Assembly (NCBI RefSeq): GCF_009914755.1
Contig: NC_060928.1
Length of the DNA stretch: 64,000 nt
Direction: 5' to 3' (one strand)
Source: the human T2T-CHM13v2.0 reference genome, Homo sapiens
Shown here: piece by piece, positions 58,421-64,000 of the stretch
How the letters are laid out: each line of letters begins with the position of its first letter
How positions within the stretch are numbered: position 1 is the stretch's first letter
The notes under the pieces: model-generated
Database searches by the model: none
Told to the model about the DNA's origin: nothing
Seen by the model: only the letters and a program-made list of their open reading frames with translations
Program-made: the position numbers and the translations under genes

Positions 58421-59609
58421 GAATGAGATATGCCCAGGGAGTTAACAAAATAGGTCACCGTGGACATTTACCTTTGAAAGCAATATTTGCTTAGGATAAG
58501 CCAAGATGCTTATAAGGATATAAGCTGCCTGTTGACAATTCAAGGTTGATAGGATTCTGTAATGACTCACAATATTTGCCAACCCTCCCAAACCTTTGCT
58601 TCACCAAATGTTTGCTTAAGATGAAGAGTTTGGCATTAGGCACATGTTGAAATTCACCTGGGAGAATTTCCCTTCAGAGCGCCATGAGGTGACATGGCAG
58701 CTGCCCCCATGGTACACTCTGAAGGAACCTAAAGGACCATTGACCTGAGCATGTTCTCCTCTTGTGACTTTCACCACCCTCCCCGCCAAGGGTGTGCCCC
58801 CCAAAACAACAGTGGTCTGTAGATGTGAACATTAACATGCGAATGTGCACTTCATTTTATCTTATATGTCTGCACCCTAACAACTTTCAAAGCTAGTTTG
58901 AGGCTGTATGCAATAAAAGCATAGTACAATTGCCCAAAATCAATTAAGAAAATGCAGATCAAACCAAGTATAAAAAGCTTTGAACTTGAAATGTTTTCTC
59001 AATTTACTACCTTTGTCCTTTCTCTTCTTAGAATCTTAACTCCCTAGGACAGAGAATCTATCTTCTTTCCAGCTATGTCCCTGGCCTATGAAAGAGGTGC
59101 CTAGCACATAGTAGGCACTCAATAAATAAATGCTGACTGAATAAAACAATGAGAAAAGTAAGCAAAATAAATTTTTTTTTTAGCTAAAAACATCTGAATT
59201 TCTATGACTGGAAATTTAACCCTGAGCTTGCTAGTATCCGTGTGAAAGAGTCATCAAAGTTTACAGAATTCTTTGTCTAACAGAATTGCCAGAAAATAGA
59301 ATAAATGCTTTTCTAGTTCCAAATTTTTTCATGAGAAACTTTCTTTGAGGGTAATGAGAAAGACTGACATCCACGTCTTTATAGATACTTTTTTTTAACA
59401 CAATGTCTGACCTATGACTGATTTTGCTTTAGCGAAATGAGCAGGTAAAGTGTATTTTATATGTAGACACAAACAGTTATGTGTTATATGTATACACTAA
59501 CATTTAGCACTGATTACTCTATCAAGTTTTTACCAGAAAACAGAGCCCGGGACACAAGCAACAGTTGATAAAACAGAAGAAAAACCTAGTTTAAGAGCAG
59601 AATAATGTT

Positions 59610-59900
59610 TAGCTGCACTCAGTGGCTCACATCTGTAATCCCAGAACTTTGGGAGGCCAAGGCAGGAGGAGCCCTTGAGTCCAGGAGTTTGAGACTGGCA
59701 TAGGCGAAAAAGGGAGACCTCGTTTCTACAAAAATATATTTTAAAATTTAGCCAGGCCTGACGATGCACACGCGTAGTTCTAGCTACTCAGGAGGATGAG
59801 GCAGGAGGATCCCTTGAGCCCAGGAATTCAAGGCTACAGTGAGCTATGATCATGCCATTGCAGTCCAGGCCGGGAGACAGAATGAGACCCTCACTCAAAA
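59610..59900 (+). mobile_element. AluJ
   Basis: Dimer; TSD aagagcagaataa. Confidence 0.85.
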
Positions 59901-60360
59901 GAGCAGAATAACACTTAGCTGAAGAGAGCATGTCCCAGAGAAATGTCGCAGCAGGTTCTGGGAGGCTGAAAGCAAATCAGTCATCAGAACATTTCCTGCC
60001 TCGTGCCTTTGTTCACATGTGTGTCAAATCCTATCCAGGGCTCAAACCACATTTCAAACACCCGGTATTTCTTAGCTTTTCTCCATCAGCTGCTGTAACC
60101 CAGTGTGCTAAGCATTTGCCATACAAAGACGCCAGTCACAGCTCCTGCTTCCATTGGGCTCACAGTTGAATGAGGAAAGCATTCTCTAAACAAATACTTG
60201 TAATTTAATATGATGACTGCTGTGAGAAACGCAATGCAAAGTAACATGCTTGGAAGAAGAAGCAAATTATATTGATTGGGGAACTGTTAGAAAGCACCAA
60301 AAAGTGGTAAAATTTAAGAAAGTTTTCAAGGATGAACCGGAGTTTGAAAAACAGAAAGAG

Positions 60361-60822
<462 letters not shown>

Positions 60823-61308
60823 TCAGCTCAGGCTGTCCACGGGTATGTTTAACCTGCACATCGTGCTTTGGAACTTTTCTCATCAGCCGGGGAGCATCAT
60901 AGGAAAAAAATAAAAACCAAAAGAGTGACGTGACACAATTTGTACCTATGATCTCTCTTACCATTTTTATCCCTTACTGCAATTTGTTGAAACTATTTTA
61001 ATAGAAATTATCACGCTCCTCCTTGTAACTGAGTTATTTTTTACTCTTGTCTAATCCCTCCTACTGGATTGTAAGATCATTTAAGGAGAATAACTACGCC
61101 TGCCTCATCTTTGTCCTCCTTGAAGCTTCTCTTGCACAACTAAGCAGTTGTTCCGTTGATTTCATGTTCAACTTACTATTCCAGGAAAGGGAAGTAGAAG
61201 AAAGGAAGCATGACTGTAAGATGGGCGAGGCCAAGGAAGAGTCATTTCCTCCATGGTGAAGAACATAATGCTACGCAACTTCAAGCAAATTAAAAAACAG
61301 TTGTGGTT

Positions 61309-61642
<334 letters not shown>

Positions 61643-62850
61643 TTAAGCTAAACTGCTAAAGCTGGAGATGATGGATAAGACAAGGATGAGAAAAAGAAGA
61701 AGACAGAAGAATTTCTAGGAAATTCAGATTCCTTCTGAGAAAAGTGAGGAGGCAGGGGACAGGACAATTTAAAGATGCCAAAGAATCCTTTATTCTTCAA
61801 AATTTCAAAATCTTTCAATGCTACTTACTAAAGTAGAACCACTTTAATGGCGTTGGTGTTTACCTCATTTCCTCTTCACTCATTAACAGCAGTATTAGTG
61901 GGTCTTTTTAGTCTATTTCATCTTCTGTGTCTATCACACCGGCATAGAATTACCAAGAGCACTGTTTGACAGAAAACATGAAATCTCAGGCAAATGATGG
62001 AGATGTTTGTGATTGTGTTTCATTCCTTTTGATTTTGACCTTTTCATTTTGGAGTGCTGACTGACATGGAAATCTCTGAAGCACAATTTTCCAGTGAACT
62101 TGGCCCGCTTGGAAACCGCCCTTGTTCATCCTCATTGAATGAGCATTTTCCCTAGACCACGTGCATGTTCCCGCGGCAATAACTGGCTTGCAAATTAAGC
62201 CTGAACCAGATATGCCATAGAACTATTATTTTCTTTTTCAATGTGCAAGCAGTTTTAAAGCTACACCTAATCCTGACTACTGGATCCTGTCAGATGGCGC
62301 CTCTTTAAAACCAAAATATGAGTTAATAAGCAGGTGAGATAATCTGCCTCCAGCAAACACTCCCTACATTAAGAATTGAAAATGTTTTCATCATTCAGAA
62401 GTTTGCTTTAAGCTTTGTTATATAATGCTCCTTGTGAAGTTTTAAAATGTATCATATTATGTTCATTTGGAACTAAAAAGCAATTGAATTAATAGCAGAA
62501 CTCTGATTTCTGATCCACAGTTTTGTTAGTTTGATACATTGCTTAGGATTCTCAATTATGAAAACTACAATGGTAAGATGGTAAAGTGCATAGAACATGA
62601 GCTCTGGAGTTATTCCCTGGGCTTAAACCTTGGTTCTCCCACTCAGATTTTCTGCCTCCATTTCCTCCTTTCTAAACCAGAGGCTGCTGTGAGGGTTTTA
62701 AATGAAATAATCTACATGATGACTCTGGGCACAATGCCCACCGCAGGGTAAGCAGTCCATTATTAGCCATTATCATTATCAATCATCGTGATCATTAATT
62801 GCCTTTATATGTGTTATATGAAGTCATTAGGTAGCTAATGTTCTATAGAA

Positions 62851-62965
62851 GGGGTTGGCAATTTTTTCCTGTAAAAGTGCAGGTAAATATTTTAGACTTC
62901 ATGTGCCATATAGTCTCTGTTGCAACTACTCAACTCTGACATTGGTTCAAAAAAACAAAGACAAT
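62851..62965 (+). mobile_element. MER58-like hAT element fragment
   Basis: ggggttggcaa...ctgtaaa...gtaaatattttag...gtctctgttgcaactactcaactctg. Confidence 0.65.
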
Positions 62966-64000
62966 CTCTACATTCAAACTCCTACCCATGAATTCCAACC
63001 CAGCATATATGTCAAAGGCCACCTATTCCTTGACCATATTTTCAATGGCCTTGCCCACTTCCCTCCCATTTTACCTGCATGTCAAACTGGGATCATCTAT
63101 CTCTGTACCTTCACCTGGATGGCTGAGCTCTGGTGGAGAGAATTGCACAATCACACAGATTAATGACACTATAAATACATCACATCTAACTTCAACCAGG
63201 CCCTCACCTCTACCCATAAATCCTTCTTACAAAACTTCCTTCCCCCTTTTACTACAACAGCTATTTCAAATCATCTTCTGTCCTCATAAACCTCCAATGC
63301 ACAGAAGTCTCAGTTTGGGAACTCTCCTTTCTTTCTATTACAAATTTTGCAGAGAATCTCATGTTTCTCTCTCTCTCCCTTTCTCTCTTACCGCCCCCCA
63401 TGCCCCAACACACATACACCCTTTGTTACTTCTCTCCTTTAACAATGAAAGAACTGCCCCCTTCCTACTGGAAGCTGAACACCTCATACTCCGTTTGTCC
63501 TATAATAACTCATTTCTTCTTACATCTTTTGAGAGCTGACCTATAAATCATCCCCGCTTTTTTACATTTATTTTCAGCTTCTCCCTTCTTACTGCCTAAT
63601 TTGGTTTGTATAAAACATGTTACAGCGCTCTATCCTAAAAATGAACAAACCTCACCAGAGTCTATACTTTTGTTCAACTACTACCTTCTGTCTCTCCTTC
63701 TTTCTATGATCTTTTCAAAACAAACCACCACACCTGTAATATTTTCTTTCTTTCCTTCTTTCCTTTCCTTCCATGTAGCAATCTGGCTTATATTTCTGTT
63801 GCATACACCGAAAGTGCTGTTGCAATGGTGCTAAATATTCCCAAGTTGCTAAAATCAAAAATCAAAAGGACATGTACTGCTTCCTGAGATATTTTCTTTC
63901 CCAGCTTCCACGATATCTAGCTTTTCTTGCTTCCCTGTGATTATTCGAAGGATTCTATCTTCTCCTTCTTTTTTCCTCGATGACCTTATGCATTCCCATG

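Noticed and set aside
62988-63539. 183-aa Ser/Pro/Leu-rich ORF
   Set aside because: Lies in pyrimidine-rich, L2-like intronic sequence and does not resemble palladin.

Overview
Human genomic DNA (a human-specific pre-Ta L1HS is present), AT-rich and dense in interspersed repeats. The minus strand carries the 5' half of the interferon-inducible helicase gene DDX60L. It comprises a CpG-rich promoter with ISRE motifs (~37.1-38.2 kb), a non-coding exon 1, and coding exons 2-9, which I spliced by hand into an open 1138-nt CDS fragment starting MGSKDHAVFFREM. About 16.5 kb upstream, on the plus strand, lies what I recognise from memory as the first non-coding exon of the long PALLD isoform, so the two genes are divergent. 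I see no new prokaryote-style system; most long ORFs in the track are LINE-1 or Alu artefacts. The most unusual structures are L1-mediated retrotransposition products. (1) A polyadenylated, U5-less LTR8/ERV1 processed retrocopy with a target-site duplication (TSD), containing a nested pre-Ta L1HS that carries a 3' transduction. (2) An unidentified polyadenylated ~0.8-kb orphan retrocopy inside an old L1. (3) A SNORA51 retrocopy with a 3' extension. There is also an in-frame, DDX60-like 16-codon extension of DDX60L exon 7 and a strong one-strand bias of Alus inside DDX60L. Gene and repeat-subfamily names come from recalled sequences, not database searches; repeat boundaries are approximate.
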